Position numbers and translations under genes: made by a program. DNA of 59,751 nucleotides, taken from contig NW_004797340.1 of NCBI RefSeq assembly GCF_000002075.1, positions 800,586-860,336 on the forward strand. Direction: 5' to 3'. Of the stretch, positions 24,559 to 38,467 are shown one piece after another. Position 1 is the stretch's first letter. Every line of letters begins with the position of its first letter. The notes beneath the pieces are model-generated. The model was not told the origin of the DNA. It did not search any database and worked only from the letters and a program-made list of their open reading frames with translations. The DNA comes from Aplysia californica (Eukaryota).

Positions 24559-26019
24559 GCGAACAGGCATGTTGCAAGGAGATTTTGAGGTCCCAAATAA
24601 AATATTTCTAATATACAATGTATATTCTATGTGTTCTGTAAGGGTTTTTTGTTTTGTTTTAGTAGAGGTTTTACGACGCTCGCAACTGCATAAGGTCATA
24701 TGAGTGCCAAGGGGTGGATGTTAACAGAGGAGTCCTTACAGGGAATCAGGCTAACTCAGTTCACCTTTCTAGATTCAACACAACAAAGTCTGTTTCGAAA
24801 TCTATCAAGGCACCCCGGAAATAGCAGATCACAAGAGTGTGACAAACATACAAAAGAAGTAGAAGAAGAATGACCATAGTTAGGAATAGGAAAGAAAAAG
24901 AGGCAGTTCCCTGTTGCAGTTCGTTCAGGCACAGTTATGGGCATGACATTGTTGAAGCAGCCCATTTACAATTACAATTGTACTGTGCATAAGAACAACT
25001 AGTTAATGTCCCCCCATTGGGAATGGCCTAAAGACACTTCAATCAGTGGCACCACCACCACATACAATACAAAATTCATACATAACCAAAAGATTTCAAC
25101 ATCCCGCAGATTCCACTAAGACTAAGAGTGTGCTGTTCTGTGCATAGATCTGTGACATTTGTTAGATCTATACCGTGCGAAAAATCTTCTACACAAAATG
25201 GCATCATTTCTCTATGTATCCATTTCTCAAGGTTTCTATTTCTAGGTAAAGCCATTCTCCGCTAAAACACATCGCAAGGAATCTTATAATACAGTCTCGT
25301 TCTGTTGCGTTATTTCCTTCCTGGTTTTACACTAAAGCATTACAAGTGCACAAGCCCTGGTTCTTTTTTTTTAGTCAGAGTTTTACGGCACTTGCAACAC
25401 AATAAGGACATATAAGTGCCGACGATTAGAGGTGTTACAAGAGAGTAACAAACACAAAATAAAAGGAGGGGAGATAAGGACGATAGATGTTTGATAGGAA
25501 AGAAGGAGCAAACCACACCAGAGCACCTGCCAACCACCCAGTAAGTCCTGGCTCTTATCTGGGCACTCTTTCTATGATCTCCAATTATCTCAAAACTTCA
25601 AGAAATGACTATATATGGCACTAGCGAAATAACACTGACGATACAATACAAACCAGTTTCACTTCACAACAACTATTGGCTGGTGGTTAATAATTAATAA
25701 TAATTGCATTTATATAGCGCATATCCATGCTCAAGAGCATGCTCTATGCGCTTTACAACTATTATTACCCCAGCAGACCCTCTGAGAACACTCAGAAACA
25801 TTCTCAGCTTCCGAGGAAGCATACAGAGCAAGCTGCGGATTTCACGCACTCAAACACTATCAAACTGACAAGATCTTTCACTGTCTATAGCTGGGTACCC
25901 ATTTCCACCTGGGTGAAGTGAGGAAAATAAGTGCAAAGTGCCTTTCCCAAGGACACAACGTCAGGCCCCTGTAAGGTTGACACAAGAAAGACCTACTTCC
26001 TCACTTCTTTGTGTCCTCA

Positions 26020-26405
26020 TTAACCCTATCCGTGCGCCCTGGGGTCATTTTGTACCCCTGGGGTAGTATTCTTCACATATTAGAATACTTCTAGAGTGAA
26101 GATCTCTTTGAAAATTTCTGTATTTCTCAAACAATCATTTTCACAGACTGCTATGCAAAGCGTACGGATCGGATTAACGAGTAAATTTCCTCTTTGGAAA
26201 ATGGTGGCATTAAGTTCCTCACATCGTATGGATACGATAGTAAAACACGACATACGGATAGGGTTAAGTGGTGGCACAGAATTCCCCACGTCGTATGGAT
26301 ACAATAGTAAAACACGACGTACGGATAGGGTTAAGTGGTGGCACAGAGTTCCCCACGTCGTATGGATACTATAGCTAGTAAAACACGACATACGGATAGG
26401 GTTAA
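26020..26405. mobile_element. piggyBac-type MITE with a triplicated right end
   Basis: ttaaccctatccgt ... (tacggatagggttaa)x3. Confidence 0.82.
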
Positions 26406-26960
26406 ATGATGTCCCCCTGTGCCAAATGTACAAGATCTAGGCTAGTCCATCAGAACGGGAACCATAGGTCGGAGGCTTCTCTTTATGTCATTTCTTTTGT
26501 TTGTCTATTTTGATTGTCTCCCTGCACTGCACTCAGTGACCTTTCTGTGAATGAGCTTCTTTATTTTTTAATCCATTTAGCATACTATGCATACTTTGAG
26601 TGGATGGTTGGAGGACCCAAGACATCTGACAGTATCAGATCAAGCTGTGATACAGATGTATGTCTGTGTGTGGTGTGTGCATGTTCTCTTTCTGAGTGTA
26701 TATGAGTGTGGGTGTGTGTGATTTGTCTATCTGTCTGTCTGTTTCAGGAAGTGTGTGTGCATGCACACATTTCAAAATACATACACAGACATATATATCA
26801 CTATATAGAATGTATTAACTTGTGCACAAGAACAACAACAACAACAACAACAACAACAATTACATATATTGGGGCATTATAACTCTGGTCATTAACAGTG
26901 GATTGTTTTACGTGTGCATTTACAATGTCATCTGGATAGATATACAATAACAAAAATCAC

Positions 26961-27040
<80 letters not shown>

Positions 27041-29377
27041 CAAATAATATAATATAACAAAGAGGAGAAGGAGGAGAACGAGGTGAAGGAGAAGAGGAGG
27101 AGAAAGGGNNNNNNNNNNNNNNNNNNNNNNNNNNNNNNNNNNNNNNNNNNNNNNNNNNNNNNNNNNNNNNNNNNNNNNNNNNNNNNNNNNNNNNNNNNNN
27201 NNNNNNNNNNNNNNNNNNNNNNNNNNNNNNNNNNNNNNNNNNNNNNNNNNNNNNNNNNNNNNNNNNNNNNNNNNNNNNNNNNNNNNNNNNNNNNNNNNNN
27301 NNNNNNNNNNNNNNNNNNNNNNNNNNNNNNNNNNNNNNNNNNNNNNNNNNNNNNNNNNNNNNNNNNNNNNNNNNNNNNNNNNNNNNNNNNNNNNNNNNNN
27401 NNNNNNNNNNNNNNNNNNNNNNNNNNNNNNNNNNNNNNNNNNNNNNNNNNNNNNNNNNNNNNNNNNNNNNNNNNNNNNNNNNNNNNNNNNNNNNNNNNNN
27501 NNNNNNNNNNNNNNNNNNNNNNNNNNNNNNNNNNNNNNNNNNNNNNNNNNNNNNNNNNNNNNNNNNNNNNNNNNNNNNNNNNNNNNNNNNNNNNNNNNNN
27601 NNNNNNNNNNNNNNNNNNNNNNNNNGACACAAGGAAATAGATTTCATTTCTATAGCAAATACTCCATCTCCTTTTTTTTTGGTAAGAATTTTACGGCACT
27701 TGCAACACAACAAGGTCATATATAAGTGCCGAAGACTAGAGGTGTTACAAGAGAGTAGCAAACACAAATTTGAAGGAAGGGAGATAGAGACGATAGATTG
27801 TTTTATAGCAAAGAAGGAGCAAACCACACCAGAGCACCCGCCAAACACCCACACACACATACTCCATCTCCAATGTCAGTTGTATTCACTTTAAAACAAT
27901 ATTATGTTAATACATGATTGTATGACCTCAACAAAGTACAAACTCTACAACATTCTGAAGCATTCTCCGCTCCCTACCACACTACAGGGGAGCACGAAGC
28001 CAGGTGGAATTTCACAGGCACCCAAGCATTGAAGTGTTAGTTTTAGTAAGTGTTTAACAGCATTTGCAACACAATAAGGTCACATAAGCGATGAAGATTA
28101 GAGGTGTTACAAGGGAGTAACAAACACACAAAAAAAAAAGGAGGCGAGACAAAGACGATAGATGTTTGATAGGAAAGAAGAAGCAAACCACACCAGAGCA
28201 CCCGCCGACCACCCACAAGCATAGAATAGTAGTCACAAAAATCTTGTTGTGTCTCAGTTTTAGTAAGAGTTTTACAGCACTTGCAAAAACACACTTGGGT
28301 CATATCATAAGTGTTGAAGATTAGAAAAGTAAAGTTACTAGATCATAACACACAAAGAAAAGAAGGAGGAGAGATAAGATAAGGGCAATAGATATTAGAA
28401 AGGAAGGAAGGAAGGAACAAATCATACCAGAGCACCTGCTAAACACCCACATCTTAACCCTATCCGTACGCCTTGGTGTCATTTCGTATCCCCCTTCACA
28501 TTTTACAATACTTTTAGTGCAAAGACCTCTTTGAAACTTTCAGTTTTTCTCAAAAAATCATTTTGACAGACTGCTGTGCAAAGCGTACGGATCGGATTAA
28601 CCAGTAAATTTCCTATTTGAAAGTGGTGGCACAGAGTTCCCCACGTCCTTAGGATACAATAGTAAAATACGACGTACTGATAGGGTAAAAGTGTCTTTTC
28701 TAAGAACACATTGCAGGGTCCAGACCAGAATTTGAACATGAAACTTTACAATCGTGAGTCTGGCAGTCTAGTGACGTACACCATGCAAATTTAACAGTAC
28801 ATGTATTGCTTCTTATATTTTTAAATTCGATGAAATATTCCTGAAAGCCTGTCACAATTAATTGATCCGCATGAGATCTGTCATTAACAGTGAACTAAAA
28901 ACAAAATCAGAATGCCCATAGAAATATCTCTTAAATACTGAAATTGTAAGCAAGAAATTTGTATCAGATCACATGTTCCTCCCTGTCAAAGAGTCTTTGG
29001 TCAGGAGCATCATAATAGAGACTGACTTGCTTCAGAAAGGGGGGGGGGGAGGGGGCTGCTGGATGGGAGAGGTTTGAGGGGGTGGGGCGAGGGGGTTGGG
29101 AAGATGGGCAAAGGGGAAGAAAATATCTGGCGCGTTTGGGTTTTTTTCACAAGATGAAATAACCTTTTCAAACTTCATTGAAAAAGAATTCTCAAGGGTT
29201 TTCAAAAACTGTACATGTATGAGAGAGAGCAGGTTTTTATCTTTACCACCTATAACTTCATTCTTTTCTGTCTTAAATTCCAGAATTGAACACTTTGCAC
29301 TCACTTGGCGCAATAACGCGCACGTGAAAATTATCCGTTCCGGTCACCTGGTGCAGTCGCTCTCCTGACCGGGTGAG

Positions 29378-29548
29378 CAGATGGGGTATTTTGTACTGCT
29401 GGCTGTGTGACCAGATGAGGTATTTTGTACTGCTGGCTGTGTGACTAGATGGGGTATTTTGTACTGCTGGCTGTGTGACCAGATGGGGTATTTTGTACTG
29501 CTGGCTGTGTGACCAGATGGGGTATTTTGTACTCCTGGCTGTGTGACT
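29378..29548. repeat. 35-bp minisatellite x5
   Basis: agatggggtattttgtactgctggctgtgtgacc. Confidence 0.9.
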
Positions 29549-31852
29549 GCAAAGTGTTAATATGAGAAACATGGAATTCAGTCCAGTTCCAGTTCGTAAC
29601 TAATTATGAAAGCTTTTAAAAGGAGCATTTTCTCCATAACATACAAAAATAGTTTTGAAAAGTTCACTCCTCAAAATTCTCAACAAACCCCTTTGGTCAG
29701 CTCCAAAAAGTATTACAGAGATTATACTGATTTGCATTTTTAATGGAAAATGAACAAACAAAATTTACAATAATATGGAAATGACTACAAGAGTAAAAAC
29801 ACCATAGGAAAAATTATCTTAAAATTACCAAATATCTGGGTCCCAAGATGTTACTCTAACTAGATATCTCCCCATACTTTTCTTTTTTACAAAGATAATC
29901 ACCTTATAACATGCACTGGGAATAGCTTTGGGTTTTCTTAGAACCTAAATTTATTCAGCATACAAAAATTTCATGAAAATTCAACATTTAAAAAACCCCA
30001 GAAAACTTTCTGGTAATCAAACAGAGATTAAGCTCCTTTCAAAACAAGTTGAGGGTAAACATTGGAATGGAATGTAAATTACTCGTACGTGGGGAAACCT
30101 TCCCAAAAGAGGAGAGTCAAGGTAAACAAATGGTCGCTTTTAAGCACAAGAGGGCTATCCCGAAAAATGCTGTTTTGAGAAAATCGAAGGTAAAGTTTTT
30201 GCCCCTTGTTCAGTTTCTTTAAAAGACAAGGAGAGTTTTCTCTATAACAAAACATATACACACCAATGAAACCAAAACTTCTCCTATTGGTAGGGCAATG
30301 CCCACTTTTGGTGTAGGTCAAGATTTCTGGAAGCCCCCGAAATCTGGGTTAGCCCGCTTGTCCTTAAGAGACCAAATAGCCGAAAGTCTGAACCAGCACC
30401 GGAAAGCTTGTAGCCCTGCAGCAGATCTGCCAAGCGCCAAAATTAAAAATCGGAGCCCTTGAACTTTTTTCTTTTCTTTTTGCTTAAGGAAAAACCTTGA
30501 TCGGATATATATATATATATGCATAAAATTTGACTTTTTTCTTGAATTCCATTTTCATCTATCGTAAAAAAAACTTATCGAAGATAATGCGAAAATACAC
30601 AAGAGTATTTGCATTAATTTGAAATATTTGCCCGAAATATCCTTTAAAATGATGTGAAATGCAAATCTTTATTGCTTTTAAGTGCATGTATTACACGCTT
30701 TTCCCCCCCGATCGATTTGTAAAGCAATCTCAATCCGCAGGGGGTCTGGAGATTCCGTTTTCTGGAGAAAACTCCGATTTTTGGTCATGGAGTGATGGGC
30801 AAGTCAGCTAAAGAGAAGCTGGTTGGCTCCCAATGCCAAAAGCACATGGTTCGATTCCTGTTTGGCACTGGCGCAGACCATGGATGGAAAATATGGATTT
30901 CTTCTTAGTAGATTTTTCACAGCTCTGACTCCAAGATAGGTTGGATCAAGCACTCAGTCTACTAAAAAAAACAGGCATTAAAACACACAAAAGTGACAAG
31001 CACACACTGTTTAAATAAGCGAAAAAATGCTAGGAGGGTTCAAAATGACAGAAGAGCAGACACGTTATGGCTAGCTGCTCATGTTAACTTGTATATATAT
31101 CAAATTTTTCCCTACCCGAAACAGAAGAAACTCTTAGTATTGTAAAAAATTAAGAGCACCTTCAAAAACATCATAATATATGAAGGACAAAATGTCCAAA
31201 TAAAAAGTAGGACAAACCAGTCCTTCTATGGGGTAAAAGAATTTACAATTGACTGAAGGAAAGAAGGAGGAGGGGGGAAAGGACGGGGGGGGGGGGGGGG
31301 AGGAGCAGGAGAAGGAGATGAAGAACCAATACAATTTTCAATCACACAAGCAGCCCAAGGAGTCCTTTCAAGCCATGTTCCCGGGCCCTTTATTTCTGAA
31401 CTGCTTCAGTGTCAGTTGAGACAGAAATTCTTTATATCTCAAGGCTTCACTCAGGCAGAGAACTCATACACAGCATTGGGAACATGAAAAAAAGTTGTCT
31501 TTTGGAAAGCATTCATACTATCACAAATTTTGCCTTTCAAATCTTCTAAAGAATTTATCTGATCTCAAAACATAATGCAGACTTTGCCACTTCATCCTAG
31601 GCACCGGTGATACGCAACTCAAAACAAAAATCTTTTACTTACTATATTTATTACGTGTAAGACAAAGTCAAAAACTTAACTCGAAGTAAATTAATATTTT
31701 TGGACATTAACAAATAAGAACAACCACGTTTTGATGTAGATCTCACTGTGTAATTCCAACACGTACCTACATTCCTCATAGAAAAACGATGATGTTTGTC
31801 ATGAAAGAGAACGGCAGAGAAGTTAGGTACACATAAACGAGCCAACGCGTTT

Positions 31853-32154
31853 TCATACGGGATATCTCAGAGGGATGGTGAAACTGGGCACAATCCCGAC
31901 GCCAGAGACGACTAATTTGTCTCTCCACATTCTGGCGGTGGCGTAGCAGTTGCTCCCAGGGCGCGTCTCGATGACCCCGGGAAACGTGATGTGTTGTACG
32001 CCGTGGTCGTCTACACAGTCGTAGCCTATGTGCTCGTGGCCGGCGAACACGCCGACGACACAGCGGTACCTGTGCACCACGCTCATGACCTCGTCGTAGT
32101 TCCACAGCAGGCAGATGCCATAGTCTTTGATCTCGTTCTGGAGACCGATATGAG
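31853..32154 (-). CDS. ADPRM: ADPRM paralog 2, last coding exon (SHIGLQNE...LLWNYDEV...AGHEH...GVIET); spliced protein 332 aa
   Basis: tttcag acceptor at the same intron position and phase as paralog 1. Stop at 31853-31855. Confidence 0.93.
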
Positions 32155-33139
32155 CTGAAACACATATTATAATATAAGATAAGATAAGATACGATAAAAA
32201 AGATAACCTTTAGTTTTTCCGTTTAAGCAGAGGTGTTGCGGCGCTCGCAACTGCATAAGGTCATATGAGCGCCATAAGATAAGGTTACACTTCAAAAGAC
32301 AAAAACCTCAACATATCAAAACATTGTGAATGACTTTATACCCATGTCAATTTACAAAAAAAATCATGTAGGCCTACCCACAGCACAATCAAAGGACTCC
32401 CTACATCTTCAAGTTAGAAATTTGAATTGTCTGTTTGCTGGATCCTGAGATATTGATAATGGAAGGCAACTATAGGTTATTTCATGATTTTGATTGACCT
32501 CTACCCACATGAATGTGATGTTATTTGGTGGCTTTTAAGCACAAAGGGGCTATCCCGAAAAATGCTGTTTTGAGAAAATCGTAGGTAAAGTTTTTGGACC
32601 TTTGTGCAGTTTCTTTAAAAGACAAGGTGAGTTTTCTTTATAATCTGAAACCAAACTTTTCCTATAGGTAGGGCAATGCCCACTTTTGGAGTAGGTCAAG
32701 ATTTCTGGAAACCCCTGAAATCTGGGTTAGCCTGCTTTTCCTTCTTAAAAGCAATCATTTGTAGGCCAAAAAACCTTGTACGGTCTGTCAGTTATTTCAA
32801 TAAAGGTGTAGATCTAGAATAGCAACTGCTGGAAAAGAAAATTTGAAGAGCAGCTACAAAATGATAATTCTTTCTCTATTTTTTTATCATGGCATACCTA
32901 CACTTTTGAAGAATATCTTTTCAAACATTACAGAGCCAAGCCAAATTTTAGTGGCCACTGAATGGTTGCGCTTTAAGTTTAAAAAGGACACACAACAGTG
33001 AGCAACTCATAAAAACACGATGAAAAATTTACACTAAATATCTTACATCAATTTTGTCAAGAATACAAAAGAATCAAATTAGGAATACATAGGAAAGCAG
33101 ATGTACGTAGCTATATAATCACAGTCTTCAATAACAAAA

Positions 33140-33320
33140 TGGCCACAGTCTGTGGTGTAGCGGTTAGGCATTTCGCTGATCTGTATGCAGAAGAATCCGA
33201 GTTCGATTCCCGAATGTGGAGAATATTTATCGAGTACCTTGGCCTTTCTACACGGATACTGAATCCGTCTCAGCCAGGGCTAAACCTGACATGCAGGGTC
33301 GAAACCAACCTTCTAAATAA
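33140..33320 (+). mobile_element. tRNA-derived SINE family C; related inverted copy at ~52850-53035
   Basis: tggtgtagcggttagg...gagttcgattccc...tttatcgagt motif shared between the copies. Confidence 0.65.
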
Positions 33321-33331
33321 GGGTACCCACA

Positions 33332-33558
33332 CATGATAAGCACACAGGTACTCACACACACAAGATAAGCACACAGGTACTCACACATGATGAGCACACA
33401 GGTACTCACACACAATCATAAGCACACAGGTACTCACACATGAGAAGCACACAGGTACTCACACACATGACATGATAATCACACAGGTACTCACACACAT
33501 GACATGAAAAGCACACAGGTACTCACACACATGACATGAAAAGCGCGCAGGTACTCAC
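33332..33558 (-). repeat. Minisatellite made of 7 extra copies of the ADPRM2 splice donor
   Basis: The unit contains the minus-strand GTGAGTACCTG, identical to the real donor. Confidence 0.9.
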
Positions 33559-34255
33559 AGATGATAATGACGTTCTCCTCCTTCTCCTGAGCCTTCTCCA
33601 GTACTTGCGACAACCACGTCATTTGCGCGCTGGAGATCCCGCCGTTGAACGCAGCCCACCTTCGCTCCAGACCCTGCAGACCGGACGTGTCGTTCGCCTC
33701 AGTGTTCGGATTCTTCTCGGGAAACATGGCGCACGCCGCCAGGTAATTGACGTCCTCCTGGTTGTCCCCGTAGCCCAGAAGACTGACCTCGTACGAGTCT
33801 AAAGCCACCACCCTCAGTTTCGGGTGCGGTAGGAAAGTGTAGTACAGTCTGTTTGTGGGAGGTTGTATGCTGAGGGAGAGGGAGCTGTTTAAGGGGGAGG
33901 TGAGGTAAAACGAGCGGTTCAGGTTGTACAGTTCGTGGTTTCCAATGACGTGGTAAACGGGTATACGCAAGGAGTTCAAAGGATTCAGAGCCGTCTTCAG
34001 GGCCTTCCGGCTCGCCAGCTCTCCACCTAATTTGTTTTTTCCGTCAATTAGGTCACCAAGTTGTAGAATAAATGCCACCGGATCAGAGTTGCTCTTCCAA
34101 TCATTGACGGCGTTTTTCACGAGGTTGAGAGAATTTCTGTAGAAACGCTGCCTCGATTTCGAAAAATCTGTGCCGTCTTCACAGTCTGCGTACTGCACGT
34201 CGGCGATGATGCCAAATGTCACAACAGGTCCTTCCTGGGCAGCATTTGACGACAT
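33559..34255 (-). CDS. ADPRM: ADPRM paralog 2, first coding exon
   Basis: FGIIADVQYAD, QLGDLIDG, GNHELYN, FNGGIS. GTGAGT donor after ATC T (697 nt, phase 1). An upstream acceptor ttttcag at 34284-34285 implies spliced 5'UTR exon(s). Confidence 0.94.
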
Positions 34256-35170
34256 GTTAGAAGTGTCCAGTGAAAGATGAAACCTGAAAATTTTTTTGAA
34301 TTATATAACACCGTTTGACACATAAAGCTCTTCTTATACCATTTCACATTTTTTGAAAAACTGAACTTTTTCATTGACAATTTCTGAATGCAAATCACTT
34401 AAGATGAACAAATTCAACCTGGACTCACGAGCCTCATACACTAATATCAGCTTTGATTTTTGCTTAGAACATTATTTTAAACATAATCATTTATAATTTA
34501 TATCACATTCTCACAATCATTCAGCCTACTAAATGACACTAGGCCTGATAAATCAAATAATTACAGCCAAGTTGCCTTTCTATACAATTTCATTGTTAGC
34601 TCAAGTTGGCATTAGATGTTAGATTTTGACTACTTTACTCCTTGTCTAAACTTTGCTGAAATTGAGCCTCAGGTTTGAGCCCCTAAGAATGGTTGAATAG
34701 GAGTTTTATAAGGGGGGGGGTTTTCCTGCTTCTCTTCCTAATCTTTCTTGAATACTTTCTCTGAACCCTGGAAAATTATCGACTCCTTTATACGAAGAAT
34801 TTCCCTCAAACTAAAGTACAAAAGTTCCCATTCCAAGAGGGAAAGAGTTGATGTTTTAGAGGAACCCACTCCCAGGTAGCATACTTACATGTGAGTAAAC
34901 ACACAAAAGTCTTACATGATATATTTATATCATGACATTATTAACCGTGCAGAAATCTCACCTCGACTTGAAAGCAACCTTTCCGAGCCCAAAAACTGCT
35001 GTTTCACAACCGCCTTCACAATAAACAGTGAGTTATATAATACAACAAACTGAAAGTGAGTCTTGTCTGTTGTTAATGTCCAGTCTCTTTACAGCATCAA
35101 GTTGTAAACAGTAATGTTCCTGTTATGAAAACAAAAAAATACTCCAATCATTAAGTTTCATCACAATATA

Positions 35171-35240
<70 letters not shown>

Positions 35241-35323
35241 CACTTTTGAAAAAAAACCTTGTTGAGCACTTATTCTATCTACATGTGATCATCATTTCTT
35301 TTTGACTCAATACTAATTTCATA

Positions 35324-35556
35324 GCAGTTGCATAACAAAGGAAAGTGCGAGATTGGAACCCACAGGGTAAAAGATCAAGAGGAAAACCATGTGGAACCGG
35401 AAGAAGAGTCATGGAAATGGATGTATGTACAGAAAAGTGGGAAGACATGGAGTGACATCAAGCGACTAGCCCAGGATAGGGAAAGGTGGAAAGTGTTTGT
35501 TCGTGGCCTATATCCTGATCCAGGGTGAGAAAGAAAGAAAGGCAATGATGATGATG
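35324..35556 (+). mobile_element. 5'-truncated RTE-like LINE
   Basis: C-terminal motif W...LAQDRERW, (GAT)n tail, and a 14-bp TSD atactaatttcata at 35310-35323 and 35557-35570. Confidence 0.85.
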
Positions 35557-37508
35557 ATACTAATTTCATAAATTTTATTTGAACTTCATGTATAGAAGTC
35601 CTAGCCTGTTGATAAAATCATAAAAGAACAAAAATCATTTCTCCTGAAACAAAGGTGAAATATACAAAAGCCTTGACCAAAATAAAGCAATTCACAAACT
35701 GGGCCGAACTTACCTTCACATAAAGAAGGCTGTAAAATGTACATCACTTAGAAAGGACTTTGATTTCATTGCACCAAAGGAAAGAAACTCTTTGCTTAGA
35801 TTCAAATCCCTGATTCAGTCTTTGGTTGCAGAGGAATTTGGGGGTTTTTCCTCACCAAAATGGTAAAATGTAGAAAGTACATGATTCAAGTTACCGTCAC
35901 AGAATGCTCATCAAGCTATGGGAATGTAAAATGTGACATTTAAAGAAGCATGACTGAGAACAGTTTGCTTATATTATATTTCATAAATTTTGGGGGAAAG
36001 ACTTTCAACGTTATGTTGTTCATTTCAATTTTTTTCAGCCTCGCTACAGCAATTCTAAAATTTGTATTAAAAAATGTATTTACACTACTGATTTTGTACA
36101 ACCTTCATTAATGAACAAAAGTCATTCAGCACAGATGATTTCTAAATTATTGCAGCTGTAATGTCTTTGATTTCATTGCACCAATGGCAAGCAACTATTT
36201 GCTCAGATTCAAATCCCTGATTCAGGGTAAAAAAGAAAAGTCAACATAAATAGCTCTGACATCCACAGCCGATTGCACCAGTCTCAGTAACACAGTGTAT
36301 GTATTGGATGCCCACAAAAAAACCCATTGTGATGACCTTTCCATGCCACACAGTGGCATACACACATAACTAGCTATATAAAAAAACATGAGTAAAGAAC
36401 AGGCGCGTTGAGAAGACACGTAGAGAATAGAGGAAGAGAGTGGGGTGGGAAAATTGCTGTTGCCATACTATAGTATGAAACCTCTCCAAATGTCTTTAAC
36501 ATTTTCAGCACATATTTATAATTGAACTCTTGTAATTCAAAAGTCAAAAGCCTTTTCATCAGAAGTGATTTTGTCATTTGAGTTTAAATTAAGCGATTAG
36601 ATTAGGCTAGATATTTTAATTTTAAAAATTAACATCATGAAAAGCACTTTTGTGAGTTATAAGAAAAACAGAAGAAAAAAAATACCTCTTGTACAAAAAT
36701 ATAGGTCTATATATCTAGATATAGACCTGCAGGATCCTGGCTGCAGCCTAAAGCTAATTTAATATGACGACTTGGCTTTTGAACTCATCAGTGGGTGGTT
36801 CTAACGTTCCCCGACACGATAAACGACCAAACAGTGAGGCCACTCACTGTGAACTCAGCGAGTTCAAAGATGAAACTTATAATACGAAAATATTGAGGGG
36901 TCAACAGTCAAAGATTTAAATACTCTTCAAACAGGATATAAAAACTCACATGTAGATTAGACTACTGGTAAAAATGCAGTCATATCTAAAAATAATATTC
37001 TTTGGCGTGTAACAAAATGATGACATTGGTAACACCTCAACCACGGAGAGTAGTCTCCCTTGCCCTTTAATGACCTTTTTCCGATTATTAATTTTAGATT
37101 TCGCCCGCGCCTGAACGATTAATTCAGATATAATCCTTTAATTAATGTTTTCATATTTTGGGGATGTATTAAGTTCCGAGAGCAACTTCTTAATTAACAT
37201 TTTTCTCACTTGGGTGATACTTTTTATTGTGTTTAAAATATAAGGTTGTTTTGGCAAAGACATTAATTTCTATTTTTTTATAAAGACAAGGGAAGTAACT
37301 CCTAAGTTAGCTTGCTGATTGTTTACATACAATGTGCAACGTGAGAAACAACAAAGATATAGGCTACAGCACACTTTTTCAATAAGATCACAAATATCAG
37401 CAAGGTGTAAGCAGATTGATTTGATGTGAAAATGGCAGTGTGAGTATAGGATATTGGTTGTCTCGTATTTATTTCCATTTAGAATTCCTTACCAGACCAA
37501 TGGCGAAT

Positions 37509-38367
37509 CTAATTAAAACCTCCTAATCACCTAATCACCTAACCTAAGACCTAAGCCTTAGGCCTAAGCAATGGCCCGGCTGGTGACACCGGTGTGAGTT
37601 GTGTGGTAGGGATGGGCAGGTACCGGTACCGGTGATCTTATACTTTAGCACGTTAAATTCCCAAAGTCTACTAATCCCCGACTCAGACCTTCAAAACTTT
37701 GAACTTGGCCGAAAAATGCGCAAACTACCGTAATTTTGTCAGGAACAGATGGTATAACAAGTATAGTTATAGTATAACAGTGATTTTCTTTCTTCCATCA
37801 TGATGTTGGAAGCCATTGAGTATAATCTTGATTAGATTTGATAGATCTTGTTTTAAAGTGGTCGTTCGTTACAGAAAAGGGAATAAAATCAATTGAAGAA
37901 TTTAATGTGCTAAAGTATTATAAGATCACCCCGGTACCCAGTAGCGGAATTCCCGGTTCTACCAAAGGAGGTGTCAGTACCAGCACCTGGCCCCCAGTAC
38001 CGGCTCTGAGAAGAAGCCAACACCAATGGTTTGGGAAGGAGCCGACACCTAGGACCTAGACGCTCAGAGAGTAAGAACATAGGCAGACACCAACGGTTTT
38101 TTAACCGGGCCACGGGAAGTGTGTTGTGTGTAGACCTTGGCCTAGCAGCTGTGACGTCAGATGCACACAACGCAGCAGGTGACCTTGATGCATGACTTCA
38201 GATTCAAAATTGACAATCAAAAACCGAAAGTTTGCTCAAATTTAAATATGGCATCAAATCAGGTTTCGCTCGAGCCACTTTGCCTATTTTGATACCTTGA
38301 TTCCGAAAATGAAATCAGTTTTTAGCGGCGATAATTATTTTTAACATTTTGCATGCAGAGTCTTATC
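37509..38367 (+). repeat. ~0.85-kb near-identical direct duplication of 39695-40506, across a 100-N gap
   Basis: Differs only by a few SNPs and short indels. Confidence 0.92.
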
Positions 38368-38467
38368 NNNNNNNNNNNNNNNNNNNNNNNNNNNNNNNNN
38401 NNNNNNNNNNNNNNNNNNNNNNNNNNNNNNNNNNNNNNNNNNNNNNNNNNNNNNNNNNNNNNNNNNN

